A stretch of 64,000 nucleotides of DNA from an uncultured delta proteobacterium (lineage in GTDB: Bacteria > Myxococcota_A > Polyangia > Palsa-1104): the NCBI GenBank assembly GCA_963785725.1, contig CAWAWS010000033.1, forward strand, positions 96,001 to 160,000, given 5' to 3'. The position numbers were made by a program, and so were the translations under genes. Shown here one piece after another: positions 19,119 through 29,635 of this stretch. How positions within the stretch are numbered: the first letter of the stretch is position 1; each line of letters opens with the position of its first letter. The notes under the pieces are model-generated. The model worked only from the letters and a program-made list of their open reading frames with translations, was not told the origin of the DNA and ran no database searches.

Positions 19119-19670
19119 CTACGGCGAGGGCGCGGGCGGATTCGGCGGCGGAACCGTCGGCTGCTCGCCGTCGGGCGGCATCGGCGCCGGCGTCGCGTCG
19201 TTGGTGTCGTGCTTGGCGCCGAAGAGGCTCATGCGCTCCTCGAGCTTCGTCAGCTTGACCCAGACGCCGTCGTTGCGAAACGTATAGGCCCGCGTGTGCA
19301 GCGGGAAATAGCCGTCGGCGCGCACGATCAGATCGACGGGCCCGCTGTCGCGCGGCCGCTCCAGCGTCACCGGCGTCGGCCCCAGCGGCTTCTTGCCCCA
19401 AAAGACGTTCGCTTTGGGCGGATTGGAGCGAATGACGATCTTGATCTTCTGCGGCCGCGGCTTCGGCGGCGCGACCGCCGTCCCCGGCGCCACCGTCCCG
19501 CCCGACGGCGCGACGATCGGCGTCGCCTCGGTCGCCTTCTGCGCCGCCGGCTCGGCCTCGACTTTGCCCGGCTGCGACGGCGGCGCCGTCTCCGCTTTGG
19601 GTGGCGTGCGCGAATGGCCGCAACCGATTACGAACGCGAATAACGATATGAATAACGCGCGTTTCATCAT
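19119..19670 (-). CDS. PEGA-domain lipoprotein
   Basis: Lipobox VIGC; IRSNPPKANVFWGKKPLGPTP...RADGY; start overlaps the upstream stop. Confidence 0.75.
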   Translation of the reverse strand: MMKRALFISLFAFVIGCGHSRTPPKAETAPPSQPGKVEAEPAAQKATEATPIVAPSGGTVAPGTAVAPPKPRPQKIKIVIRSNPPKANVFWGKKPLGPTPVTLERPRDSGPVDLIVRADGYFPLHTRAYTFRNDGVWVKLTKLEERMSLFGAKHDTNDATPAPMPPDGEQPTVPPPNPPAPSP

Positions 19671-21670
19671 TCACCACCGGCGCGCGATTCGGGCGTGTCT
19701 TTCGGTGTCGGCGGCGGTCCCGGCGGATACTGCACGCCCGGCTTCGGCACATAGGTCGTGATCGGCTTCTTTACTTTGCCCGCGATATTGCCTTCGAGGA
19801 CCATGACCGGCAGCGGCGGATCCAAGCGATACCAGAAGCCGCGCGACGGCAAGCGCAGCTCGAACACATCGTCTTTGAGCAGGAACTGACGCGCGAAATC
19901 GAGCGGCTTATCGCCTTCGACGACGACCGGGCGATGGCGCAGCACGAACGAGAACATACGCACCGCCAAATGATTCATGAGGCGATGGCAGCCGTGCGAA
20001 TAGGCGTCGGGGTTGCGAATCGACAGAATCTCCGACGAGCCGTGCACGCGCACGCCGTTGTCCCAATCGGGCCGGCCGTTCTTTCCCGGCACGACGTTAT
20101 AAGCGGCGACGAGCCCATAAGCGGACAGATAGCCGGGACCGACTTCGTCGTAATTGACCACTTGCTGGGTCGTTCCGTGCACGCGCTTGTATTTCACCAG
20201 CGTACGAACCGGCGTGGAGTTGGGCGCGATCCACACCGGTCCCGAGACGATGTTGCGCCACACGCGCGGGCCGACGTCGGAGCCTTTGTAACGATAATAT
20301 TCGTAGCCATTCGACGCCAAATCGCTGCGCCAGCCGCCGATGGTCGTGCGCCAACGGACCAAAGGAATCCATTGTCCGTTGTACTTGACGCGCAATGTGA
20401 ATGACGGAAAGTGGTGGCGATTTTGCGGGACCGCTTTGCCCTTCTCGTCATAAAGCGGATCGTAAAAGACGTCGCCTCGATCGATGAGGACGTGCAGGTC
20501 CATATTGGGCGTGTAGTACTCGGGCGGCGGCGGCAGCTTGACGGCGACGCGCATGACTTTGAAGTCGTCGGCCGAATGGCGACCAAAGAACGCCAGCGCC
20601 TGCTCGGGCGTCTTGAGCTGCAGCTGATCGAGCGCCGCCTCCAGCGCTTCGGCGACGAGGTTGCGCAGCGGCACCTTTTGGCCGGCGCCGTTCGTGTACG
20701 TCGCCGGCCCGGCTTTGGTGTCGGTGCTGCCGTCTTCGAGGATGTCGCCGGCCGCGACCAGCCGCTCGGTCAAGACGCGCACGAACGCCGCATAATCATT
20801 CTCGAGCAGCGGCCGACCGAGCGCCGCCATCGTATCGGGACGCAGCGCCGCCGCGTCATACAGCATGTGCTTGTGCTGAAAGCGAATGACCGCCTCGCGC
20901 ATCGGATCGTCGAACTGCCCGACCACGTGCTTATCGTTGGGCCCGCCGAGGATGCCTTCGCAGGTCAAGCGCTTCTCGACTTCCGGGAACGAGCCGCGCT
21001 GCGCCGAATAGCGCTGCACCAACGCGACGTCTTTGGCCAGCTTCGGATCGCGCTCGACGAGCTGATCGAGCGACTCGACCTGCGCCTGCGCGCGCAAGTC
21101 TTCCAAGTGCTTCGCCGTGGCCGCGATCTTGGCGGCGAACTTCTGCTCGGCCTTGCTGGTGCGCGGCGGAATCGACGGCGCCGCCTTGAGCTTCGCGAAA
21201 TCGACGCCGGCGCAGCTCGCTTGCCGCGTCTGGTCGTCGACGAAGCGCGCGCGCAAGACCGACATCGTCGGCGGCACACCATAGAGCTCGAGATAGTTGT
21301 GATCGCCCTCGACGAGCGGCTGACCATCGCGATCGCCGAAATCGCCGGCCAAACCCAAGTAGACCTGACGATAACGATTGGCCATGACGTTGCCGCTCGG
21401 GTCGGTCACTTCTTGGAAGATGAACGGCGTCCATTCATCGCCGAAGTCGACGATCGTGTAGCCGGCGGCGACGGCGTCGTTGGTCGCGACCCAGCGCTCG
21501 GCGCCGTTGACGATGACGAGCGCGCGTTCGGCCGGCGGCAGCTCGGGATGCGCGGCCAGCCCATCGGCCGACGCCGCGCCATTACCCGCTATCGCCGCGC
21601 GCGGCTCACCATGCGCGCGACAAGAGCAGGCCAAGACAACCACTGCGAAAAGACGGGCCCATTGGGGCAT
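19667..21670 (-). CDS. L,D-transpeptidase (YkuD-like) family protein with putative peptidoglycan-binding segment
   Basis: VHGS...YSHGCHRL catalytic motif; GQFDDPMREAVIRFQ PG-binding-like helix; signal/lipobox LACSC. Confidence 0.75.
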   Translation of the reverse strand: MPQWARLFAVVVLACSCRAHGEPRAAIAGNGAASADGLAAHPELPPAERALVIVNGAERWVATNDAVAAGYTIVDFGDEWTPFIFQEVTDPSGNVMANRYRQVYLGLAGDFGDRDGQPLVEGDHNYLELYGVPPTMSVLRARFVDDQTRQASCAGVDFAKLKAAPSIPPRTSKAEQKFAAKIAATAKHLEDLRAQAQVESLDQLVERDPKLAKDVALVQRYSAQRGSFPEVEKRLTCEGILGGPNDKHVVGQFDDPMREAVIRFQHKHMLYDAAALRPDTMAALGRPLLENDYAAFVRVLTERLVAAGDILEDGSTDTKAGPATYTNGAGQKVPLRNLVAEALEAALDQLQLKTPEQALAFFGRHSADDFKVMRVAVKLPPPPEYYTPNMDLHVLIDRGDVFYDPLYDEKGKAVPQNRHHFPSFTLRVKYNGQWIPLVRWRTTIGGWRSDLASNGYEYYRYKGSDVGPRVWRNIVSGPVWIAPNSTPVRTLVKYKRVHGTTQQVVNYDEVGPGYLSAYGLVAAYNVVPGKNGRPDWDNGVRVHGSSEILSIRNPDAYSHGCHRLMNHLAVRMFSFVLRHRPVVVEGDKPLDFARQFLLKDDVFELRLPSRGFWYRLDPPLPVMVLEGNIAGKVKKPITTYVPKPGVQYPPGPPPTPKDTPESRAGGE

Positions 21671-21839
21671 ACCCCTGTTTTACTCGATCCCAAGACGAAT
21701 CTCCCTCTCTTAAGAATCGAAAGGCCGACCTCACCGCGGCGACTGCTGTCGCCGCGACTGTCGCCAATAGCTCGATGGTGCGGATTCGAGCAGCTGCTTC
21801 ACGTGAGATGCGACTGACCGCGCACCGAAACTATCGCGA

Positions 21840-22712
21840 CTAAGATTTGGCGTTGGCGACGAGGGCGCGGACGTAGCGCGCGGGCGACGCCGGATCGGCC
21901 GGCAAGTACAAGTAGGGCTCGATCACTTCGACTTCCATGAGCAGCAGCTGATCGCCGCGACGAATGCCGTCGATGCGCGCGTAGAGCGGCGTAACCGGCA
22001 GCGCGGCCAGGACGGCGTCGGCTTGCGCGCGCAGGTGCGGCGGCGCGGTCACGGCGCGGAAGGTGCCGCCGAACTTCGGCTGCACGCGAAAGTCGCGCGC
22101 CGCCGGCGTCTTGACGACGACGTGGCTGAATTCGCCGCCGAAGAACAGGAACGACCACTCGCCTTCGTCGACGATCTCGCGCGCGAACGGCTGCACGAGC
22201 GCGCCGCCGGCGGGAATGATCGCGTCCAAGTCGGCCTGCAGCGACGGCGCGTCGGCGGCGGCGAAGCGATGGGTGCGCCACGACCCGCCGGAGATCGCCG
22301 GCTTCAAGATGGCGTCCGACCAGCCGGCGTCGGCGACGAGCGCGGCCAGCGACGCCGGCGCGTCGACGTAACGCGTGGGCACGACGGCCACGCCGCGCGC
22401 GGCCAGCTCGGCCAAGTAGTGCTTGTCGAGGTTCCAGCGCACCAGCGACGCCGGATTCCACAAGGGCACGCGCGCGGCCTGCAAGCGGTCGAGCCAGGCG
22501 CGAAACTCGGCGATGCGCGTGAAGTAGTCCCAGGTCGAGCGGATGATGACGCGATCGAAGCGCGCCCAGTCGACGGCCGGATCGCTCCAGATGACCGGCT
22601 CGGCGTCGACGCCGGCGGCGGCCAGCTGCGCCGGCAGCTGCTGCTCGTCGTCGAAGAGCGCGGGAAATTCGCTGCTGGTGCACAGCGCGAGACGGGGCCG
22701 ATCGGTCGCCAT
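21840..22712 (-). CDS. ATP-grasp ligase (RimK/glutathione synthetase-like)
   Basis: IRSTWDY, WNLDKHYL, ILKPAISGGS, LVQPF, YARID, LMEVEVIEP. Confidence 0.85.
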   Translation of the reverse strand: MATDRPRLALCTSSEFPALFDDEQQLPAQLAAAGVDAEPVIWSDPAVDWARFDRVIIRSTWDYFTRIAEFRAWLDRLQAARVPLWNPASLVRWNLDKHYLAELAARGVAVVPTRYVDAPASLAALVADAGWSDAILKPAISGGSWRTHRFAAADAPSLQADLDAIIPAGGALVQPFAREIVDEGEWSFLFFGGEFSHVVVKTPAARDFRVQPKFGGTFRAVTAPPHLRAQADAVLAALPVTPLYARIDGIRRGDQLLLMEVEVIEPYLYLPADPASPARYVRALVANAKS

Positions 22713-22790
22713 AATTATCTCCTCATCGCGATACGAAGATGACATTACCGAGAGGCGACGGCGCTGTCAATGTTGCGCTAGGTTGTCGTC

Positions 22791-23270
22791 ATGCGATCGC
22801 GACACTGGCGCGTCAAGACGTTCGACGAGCTGACGACGCGCGAGCTCTATGCGCTCATGCGGCTGCGGCAGGAGGTGTTCGTCGTCGAGCAGCGCTGCGC
22901 CTACCTCGACGCCGATGGGCTCGACCCGCAGGCGCGCCACCTGTTCGCGATCGAAGGCGAAGGCGACGGCGAGGCGCAAGGCGACGGCGAGCTGCGGCTC
23001 GGCGCCTGCGCGCGGCTGTTCGCGCCCGGCGTGCGCGGCGCCGAAGCCGTCATCGGGCGCGTCGTCTCGGCGCCGGCGCTGCGCAAAAGCGGCGTCGGTC
23101 GCGAGCTCATGACGCGCGCCATCGCCGCCTGCGGGGACGACGCGCCCATCCGCATCGGCGCGCAGCAGTACCTCGAGCGCTTCTACCGCAGCTTCGGCTT
23201 CGAACGCGCCGGCGACGACTATCTCGAGGACGACATTCCGCATCTGCCCATGCTGCGGCGTCCTAAATGA
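22791..23270 (+). CDS. elaA: GNAT acetyltransferase, ElaA family
   Basis: LRQEVFVVEQRCAYLDADGLD, IGRVV, GAQQYLERFYRSFGF, YLEDDIPHLPM. Confidence 0.9.
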   Translation: MRSRHWRVKTFDELTTRELYALMRLRQEVFVVEQRCAYLDADGLDPQARHLFAIEGEGDGEAQGDGELRLGACARLFAPGVRGAEAVIGRVVSAPALRKSGVGRELMTRAIAACGDDAPIRIGAQQYLERFYRSFGFERAGDDYLEDDIPHLPMLRRPK

Positions 23271-23499
23271 CCCAGCGCTGCGCGATCGAGCGCGCACAGC
23301 GCCCTCGGTCGATCGAGGCTAAATCGGCGTCAAGGCGGCGCTGCCAACGGCGGTGCAACCTCGCGCGCGCGGATTTTGGGGACGATGTCGCACGGGGGCT
23401 GACACCCTCATTCGGGGCGAATACCCCCGCCGTGCGCGCAATAATCGCCTGAAATCATGAGCAGCGAAGCTGGCCCCGCTTTTGATTATACGGTCAGCC

Positions 23500-24015
23500 A
23501 TGAAGCTCGATACGCGCACGGTGATCCACCTGGAGTACGCCATTCGCATCAAAGGCGGCGATGTCATCGAATCGTCGGTCGAGCGCGGACCTCTCGTGTT
23601 CGTCCCCGGCCGCCGTCGGCTCTTGCCGGCGCTGGAGAAGGTCATCGCCAAGATGGAAGTCGGCGAGACGCAGCGCGGCGAGCTGAGCGCGACCGAGGCG
23701 TTCGGCGACGAGTCGCTCTTGCCGCTGCGCGAGATTCCCAAGGCCGAGTTCTCGTCCGACGAGGCGCCCGAGCCGGGCCGCATTTACGAGGCGCGCTCGA
23801 CGGGCGAAGGCAAGCCGCTGCGCTTCAAGATCCAAGCGGTCGAAGGCGAGACGGTCACTGTCCGCTTCCTGCATCCGCTGAGCGACAAGGCGATCGAGTT
23901 CCACCTGCGCCTCTTGCGCGTCGAGTCGCTCGATCCGCCGCCGCCGCCGGCGCGCGCGTTCGGCATCGAGTCGGCGGCGATTCAGCTGCACGAGTCAAGC
24001 GCCATCCAGCTGTAA
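23500..24015 (+). CDS. FKBP-type peptidyl-prolyl isomerase, SlyD/SlpA-like
   Basis: VIHLEY, VIESS..GPLVFVPG, LLPALE, EAFG, HPLSDKAIEF; no His-rich tail. Confidence 0.75.
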   Translation: MKLDTRTVIHLEYAIRIKGGDVIESSVERGPLVFVPGRRRLLPALEKVIAKMEVGETQRGELSATEAFGDESLLPLREIPKAEFSSDEAPEPGRIYEARSTGEGKPLRFKIQAVEGETVTVRFLHPLSDKAIEFHLRLLRVESLDPPPPPARAFGIESAAIQLHESSAIQL

Positions 24016-24064
24016 CCATTCGTCTCTGCCGATTTTGCGGGTCGCGCCGTGGTAACATGCGGGC

Positions 24065-27000
24065 GTGGCATCGTCTGACTCGGGCGGCGACGATGGTGGT
24101 TCCGGCGGCGACGATCACCGCCGCGACGTCGGCGTCGCCGAGACGATGCAGTCGGGCGAGCGGCCGATTCCGCGCGCGCCGTCGCTGCTCACCATCGAGA
24201 CCGAGCGCTATCAGATCGTGCAGCTGCTCGGGCGCGGCGGCATGGGCGAGGTGCACAAAGCGTTCGACCCGCGCCTAGGCCGCTTCATCGCGCTCAAGGT
24301 CATGCGCCAAGCGAGCCCGGAGCTGGCGGCGCGGCTGGTCTACGAAGCGCGCGCGCAGGCTCGCGTCGACCACGAGCACGTCTGCAAAGTCTACGGCGTC
24401 GGCGAATTGGGCGGCTTGCCGTTCATCGCGCTGCAGTTCATCGACGGGCCGACGCTGCGGCAGCTGGCGCCCAAGCTGACGCGCGAGCAGAAGATCGCCA
24501 TCATGCGCGACGTCGCCGACGCGCTGCACGCCGCGCATCGCCAGGGGCTCGTCCATCGCGACGTCAAGCCCGGCAACGTGCTCGTCGAGAAGGGCGAGGA
24601 CGGCTTCAAGGCCTACGTCACCGACTTCGGCATCGCGCGCGAGGTCGACGGGCCGGGCGTGACCAAGACCGGCGTCGCGCAAGGCACGCCGCTATACATG
24701 GCGCCCGAGCAGGCGCGCGGCGAGGCGCAGAAGATCGATCGCCGCACCGACGTCTACGGCCTGGGCGCGACGCTGTATGACCTCTTGTCGGGCCGGCCGC
24801 CGTTCCAAGGCGACACGTCGCTCGGCGTCATGTTGAAGGTCCTGCACGACGATCCGCAGCCGCTGCGCACGATCGATCCCTCGATCCCCGTCGATCTCGA
24901 GACGATCACGATGAAGTGTCTGGAGAAAGATCCGGTGCGCCGCTACGACTCGGCGCGCGCGCTGGCGCAAGATCTCCAGGCCTGGCTCGACGGCGATCCG
25001 ATCGCGGCGCGGCGCGGCGGTTTCGGGTATCGGCTGGCCAAGCGCGCGCGCAAGAACTTGGCGGCCGTCGTCTCGGCGGCGATCGTCGTCGTGGCAGCGG
25101 TCGTGCTCGGCGGCTACGCGTGGCGCGAGCGGCGCACGGCGGACACGCGCGCGGCGTTGGCGCACGAGTTCGGTCAGGACGTCGAGCGCAACGACGCCAT
25201 CGCGCGCTACGCGTCGCTCTTGCCGCTGCACGACACGCGACGCGAACGGGCGATGATCGAAGCGCGCATGGCGAAGCTGACCGAGCGCATGGCCGAGCTC
25301 GGCTCGCTGGCCGAAGGTCCCGGCCGCTACGCGCTCGGTCGCGGCTGGCTGACGCTCGAGAAGCCCGACGACGCGCGCCGCGAGCTCGAGCGCGCCTGGC
25401 AGCTCGGCTACCGCGCGCCCGAAGTCTCGTACGCGCTCGGTCTGGCGCTGAGCCAGCAGTATCTGCACGCGCTCGCCGAGAGCGCGGCCGACGCCAGCGA
25501 CAAGCAGGAGCTCATCGCGCGCCGCGCCGAGCTCGAGCGCCGCTTTCGCGCGCCGGCGCTGGCCTATCTCAAGAGCGCGGTCGGCTTGCAGCTGGAGGCG
25601 CCGGAATATGCCGAAGGGCTCATCGCGCTGCACGAGCACAGCTACACGTTGGCGCTCGACAAGGCGCGGGCGGCGCAGGCGCGCGTGCCGTGGATGTTCG
25701 AAGCGCACACGCTCGAAGGCGACATTCGGCTGACGCTGGCCAAGGACGATTGGTCGCGCGGCGAGCCGGCGCAGGCCTTGGCCGAGCTCGAGCGCGCCGG
25801 CCTCGCCTATCGCACGGCCAGCGACATGGCGCACTCCAACGCCAGCGCGCTGCACGGCAGCTGCTTACGCTGGGCGCTCGCCGCCGAAATCGCGTCGCAT
25901 CGCGATCAGTCGCCCAAGGCCGCCACCGACGGCGCGCTCGCCGCCTGCGGCCAGGCGCTGCAAGCGTGGCCCGACGACGTCGCGCTCTACACCGATCAGG
26001 TCGAAGCGCTCTTGTCGCTGGCCCGTTACGACGCGACCCACAACGGCGATCCGATTCACGACTGGGATCGCGCCGATCAACTGGCCGGTGAAGCGCTGCG
26101 CCTCGACGCCAAGGACGTGCCGTCGCGGGTGGCGTTGGCGGCGATCGAAGACGCGCGCGCCGCCTGGGAGCTCGACCACGGCGGCGATCCGCGGCCGCGC
26201 ATCGAGCGCGCGATCGGCGCCATCGCCGAAGCCCTAGCCCGCGACCCGCGCAGCTACGACGCGCGGCTCCTCCAGTCGCACGTCTACATGGTGCGCGGCG
26301 ATTGGGAAGGCGGCCACGGCCTCGATCCACGCCGCTCGTACGAGACGTCGGCCGAGAGCGGCATGCAGGCGCGCGCGCTGTCGGCCGACGGCTGGCGCAC
26401 CTTCGCCGCCGTCGGCATGGCCGCCTTGTCGAAGGGCATGTGGGAGCTGGCCAACGGCGTCGACCCGCAGCCGAGCCTCGAGCAGGCGGTGCAGAGCTAC
26501 GGCATGGCGGCGCAGAAGAATCCCAACGTCGACTACGGCTACCTCAACGAATGCGCGGCCTGGCTGACGCTGGGCGAATATCAGCACCTGCGCAACGTCG
26601 ATCCGTTGCCGTCGTTCGACCGCGCCATCGCCGCCTGCGGACGCTCGGCGGCGGTCGATCCCGACTTCGCCGGCACGCACTACAACCTCGGCTACGCGCA
26701 CCTCGACCGCGCGTTGTGGCTGCGCGATCAAGGCCTCGATCCGACGCCCGATCTGACCAGCGCCGAAGGGTTCATGCGGCGGGCGCTGGCCGTCGAGCAC
26801 GAGTACACGCCGGCGTTCGCGTCGCGGGGCGAGATCGAGATGACGGCGGCGCGCTGGGCGGCCGATCACAACCGCACGCCGGCGGCGCATTTCTTGGCCG
26901 CGCGCGCCGCCATCGAGCACGCGCTCGAGCTCAACGGCAGCGATCCCGACACGCAGCGCGAGCTGGCCGAGCTCTATCGCCGGCAGGCCGAGTGGCACGC

Positions 27001-27265
27001 CGCGCGGCACGAGCCCATCGCCGCCGACGTGCGCGCCGGGCTCGAGCACGTCGCGCGCGCGCTGGCCGTCAACCCGCGGCTGGGCGCCGCGTCGCTGCAA
27101 GCGGGCGCGCTGCATCTGTTGACGGCGCGGGCGACGACGGGCGCGGCGCGACGCGACGCGGCCGTGCAGGCGCAGGCGGCGCTGGCCGAGGCGCTCGGCT
27201 TCAACGCCAACTTGGAGCGTGAGACGCGTCCGCTGCTCGACGAAGCCACGCGCCTGGTCCGCTGA
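24065..27265 (+). CDS. Membrane Ser/Thr protein kinase with TPR-rich C-terminal region
   Basis: LGRGGMGEV, HRDVKPGN, DFGIA, GTPLYMAPE; one TM segment; repeated DPxxS/TPR helices. Confidence 0.92.
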   Translation: MASSDSGGDDGGSGGDDHRRDVGVAETMQSGERPIPRAPSLLTIETERYQIVQLLGRGGMGEVHKAFDPRLGRFIALKVMRQASPELAARLVYEARAQARVDHEHVCKVYGVGELGGLPFIALQFIDGPTLRQLAPKLTREQKIAIMRDVADALHAAHRQGLVHRDVKPGNVLVEKGEDGFKAYVTDFGIAREVDGPGVTKTGVAQGTPLYMAPEQARGEAQKIDRRTDVYGLGATLYDLLSGRPPFQGDTSLGVMLKVLHDDPQPLRTIDPSIPVDLETITMKCLEKDPVRRYDSARALAQDLQAWLDGDPIAARRGGFGYRLAKRARKNLAAVVSAAIVVVAAVVLGGYAWRERRTADTRAALAHEFGQDVERNDAIARYASLLPLHDTRRERAMIEARMAKLTERMAELGSLAEGPGRYALGRGWLTLEKPDDARRELERAWQLGYRAPEVSYALGLALSQQYLHALAESAADASDKQELIARRAELERRFRAPALAYLKSAVGLQLEAPEYAEGLIALHEHSYTLALDKARAAQARVPWMFEAHTLEGDIRLTLAKDDWSRGEPAQALAELERAGLAYRTASDMAHSNASALHGSCLRWALAAEIASHRDQSPKAATDGALAACGQALQAWPDDVALYTDQVEALLSLARYDATHNGDPIHDWDRADQLAGEALRLDAKDVPSRVALAAIEDARAAWELDHGGDPRPRIERAIGAIAEALARDPRSYDARLLQSHVYMVRGDWEGGHGLDPRRSYETSAESGMQARALSADGWRTFAAVGMAALSKGMWELANGVDPQPSLEQAVQSYGMAAQKNPNVDYGYLNECAAWLTLGEYQHLRNVDPLPSFDRAIAACGRSAAVDPDFAGTHYNLGYAHLDRALWLRDQGLDPTPDLTSAEGFMRRALAVEHEYTPAFASRGEIEMTAARWAADHNRTPAAHFLAARAAIEHALELNGSDPDTQRELAELYRRQAEWHAARHEPIAADVRAGLEHVARALAVNPRLGAASLQAGALHLLTARATTGAARRDAAVQAQAALAEALGFNANLERETRPLLDEATRLVR

Positions 27266-27512
27266 CCGCATTCTCACGGCCGGCGCCGCTGATCCTTCGT
27301 CTCGCCATCGAGACAGCGCGGCGGATGTGAGGTCGATCGCAGCAGCGCCGTGACGACCGTAAACATTCTTTGTCACGTCGACCTATCGCACGTTCGATAG
27401 AGTCCAACAGACACAAACGGCAGCGACGGCAACTGTCGATTTCGTGACGGACGAAAAGCGTCGTTCCCAAACCCACTACGACGCCGAGCGAACGGCGCCA
27501 TGGAGGGTTCTC

Positions 27513-29114
27513 GTGACTCAGCGCATGCTTCGTGCGCGCCTGCTCGCAGCCGGCGTGCTATGGCTTTTCACCAACGCGTGTCTGTCGGTGCCTTTGGGAA
27601 CACCGACGACCACGACGTCGCAAGACACGCCCATTCACGTCAGCTTGAACCAGCAGAACAAGGTCGACGTGCTGTTCATGGTCGACAACTCGACGTCGAT
27701 GGCGGCGATGCAGGACGCGCTGACGCAGCGTTTCGGCCAGTTCCTGCAAGTGTTCTCCGATCTCGCGCATCCGACCGATGGCTCGACGCCGCAGTATGCC
27801 GACCTGCACATCGGCGTCGTCACGTCCGATTACGGCGCGGGCTCGAAAGCCTACGGCAACTGTCAGCCGACGCCGGGCGGGCAAAAGGGCGTGCTGCAGG
27901 CGACAGCTGCGGCGTCGTCGGCGAACGCCGGCTGCGCCGGGCCGACGTCGGGCCTGTTCATTCAGTATCAGTTCAACGCCGACGGCAACGACGTCTGCAA
28001 CCTGCCCGGCGGCAAATGCGATGCGCCGACGCTGAATTCGACGTTCACGTGCATGGCCTCGGTCGGCGACGCCGGCTGCGGCTTCGAGCATCAGCTGGAG
28101 TCGGTGTACGCGGCGCTGCACGACACCACCAACAACAGCGGCTTCTTGCGCGACGAGGCGCTCTTGGCCGTCGTCTTCGTCACCAACGAGGATGACGGCT
28201 CGGCGCCGGTCGGCTCGACGTTCTACGACAGCGACGCCAGCGGCGCCGGCGCGCTCGACACCTATCGCCAGACGCGCTTCGGCATCGAGTGCGGCTCGCC
28301 GCTCATGATGGCGCCCGAGAGCGCGTCCAACGGCATGCTCAGCTGCTCGCCGGCGACCGAAGCCAACGCCGAATTCCCGGTGTCGCGCTACATCGACTTC
28401 TTCACGAAGTCGGTCGCCCAAGGCGGTCTCAAAGACGATCCGTCGAGCATCATCCTCGTCGGCTTGGACGCGCCCGACAACGACATCGAGACCATCTCGG
28501 TCCAGCCCGACACCGGCTGCGGCGCCGTCTCCACGGATCCGAGCGCGCCCTGCCACAGCGCCACCTACGTCGGCTGCGCCGCCAACGAGACCGACTGCAT
28601 CATTCGCTTGAAGCACTCGTGCCAGAACACCGCCGATCCGCGCTTCTTCGGCGACCCGGCGTTGCGCATCAACAGCGTCATTCGCGCCGTCAATCCGCCG
28701 CCGGCACCGGCGCAGCCGGCCGTCTTCTCCATCTGCGGCCAAGATCAGACGGTGGCACCCGACTACACGAGCACGCTGCAAGCGGTCGCGCAGCGCATCG
28801 TGTCGCAGCTGAAGCCGCCGTGCATTCCGGCACCGCTGACGAATTTCGCCGAGCCCGACTGCGTCGTCGAGGACGTCACGACCGTCGCCGGCGTCGAGCA
28901 TCCGACGCAGTTCAAGCGCTGCGACACCGTCAACAACGTGGCGCCCTGCTACACCGTCGTCGAGGACGCGGCCGATTGCGCCTGCGTGCAAGGCGCGGAC
29001 GGCATGCAGCATCACCCGTCGATCCAGATCATGCGCAACGCGCCGGTGCCGGCGAACACGGTCGTCAGGGTCGACTGCGCGACCGAAGCCCTGCTCGACC
29101 AAAGCTGCCACTAA
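27513..29114 (+). CDS. Cys-rich VWA (MIDAS) domain lipoprotein, myxobacterial type
   Basis: Lipobox TNAC; VDVLFMVDNSTSM (DxSxS), IGVVTSD, GCGFEHQLES, FLRDEALLAVVFVTNEDD. Confidence 0.8.
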   Translation: MTQRMLRARLLAAGVLWLFTNACLSVPLGTPTTTTSQDTPIHVSLNQQNKVDVLFMVDNSTSMAAMQDALTQRFGQFLQVFSDLAHPTDGSTPQYADLHIGVVTSDYGAGSKAYGNCQPTPGGQKGVLQATAAASSANAGCAGPTSGLFIQYQFNADGNDVCNLPGGKCDAPTLNSTFTCMASVGDAGCGFEHQLESVYAALHDTTNNSGFLRDEALLAVVFVTNEDDGSAPVGSTFYDSDASGAGALDTYRQTRFGIECGSPLMMAPESASNGMLSCSPATEANAEFPVSRYIDFFTKSVAQGGLKDDPSSIILVGLDAPDNDIETISVQPDTGCGAVSTDPSAPCHSATYVGCAANETDCIIRLKHSCQNTADPRFFGDPALRINSVIRAVNPPPAPAQPAVFSICGQDQTVAPDYTSTLQAVAQRIVSQLKPPCIPAPLTNFAEPDCVVEDVTTVAGVEHPTQFKRCDTVNNVAPCYTVVEDAADCACVQGADGMQHHPSIQIMRNAPVPANTVVRVDCATEALLDQSCH

Positions 29115-29150
29115 CTTTCGCGAGCGCGCGTCGTCCACTAAGATGACGGC

Positions 29151-29633
29151 ATGCGCATCATCTTCGCCTTCACCTTCATCGCTGCCGCACTAACGTTTAC
29201 GTCGACGGCGCGCGCCGCCGGGCCCGACAAAGAGACCGGCGCCGAAATGCTGCGCGCGCTCAAGCTGCTCGATCAGTCGCTCGGCCTCGAGAGCTTGCCG
29301 CCGCCGCACTGTCTGACCTACGGCTTCGGCCACGAAATCACCGTCGACGAAATCAAGAAATGCGCCGACAAAGCGCTCGCCGGCCAAGCGCTGCCCGGCC
29401 TGGGCACGAAGTACACGATCGCGATCTTGATGGCGTCGATCGGCCCGCAAACGCTGGTCGCGGTGTCGCTCGACGATCCGACGTGGGCCGTGTTGTCGTG
29501 CGATCCGGGCCGGCCGTGCCCGCCGCGTCACGCCGGCAGCGACAAGATGGGCCTGCGCGTCATCGACGTCACCAAGCGCGCCTGCGCCAAAGACACGACG
29601 ATCTGGCTGTCGGGCAAGAAAGCCTGCCCCTGA
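29151..29633 (+). CDS. Secreted Cys-containing hypothetical protein
   Basis: Signal peptide ending ARA; six Cys residues. Confidence 0.7.
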   Translation: MRIIFAFTFIAAALTFTSTARAAGPDKETGAEMLRALKLLDQSLGLESLPPPHCLTYGFGHEITVDEIKKCADKALAGQALPGLGTKYTIAILMASIGPQTLVAVSLDDPTWAVLSCDPGRPCPPRHAGSDKMGLRVIDVTKRACAKDTTIWLSGKKACP

Positions 29634-29635
29634 TC

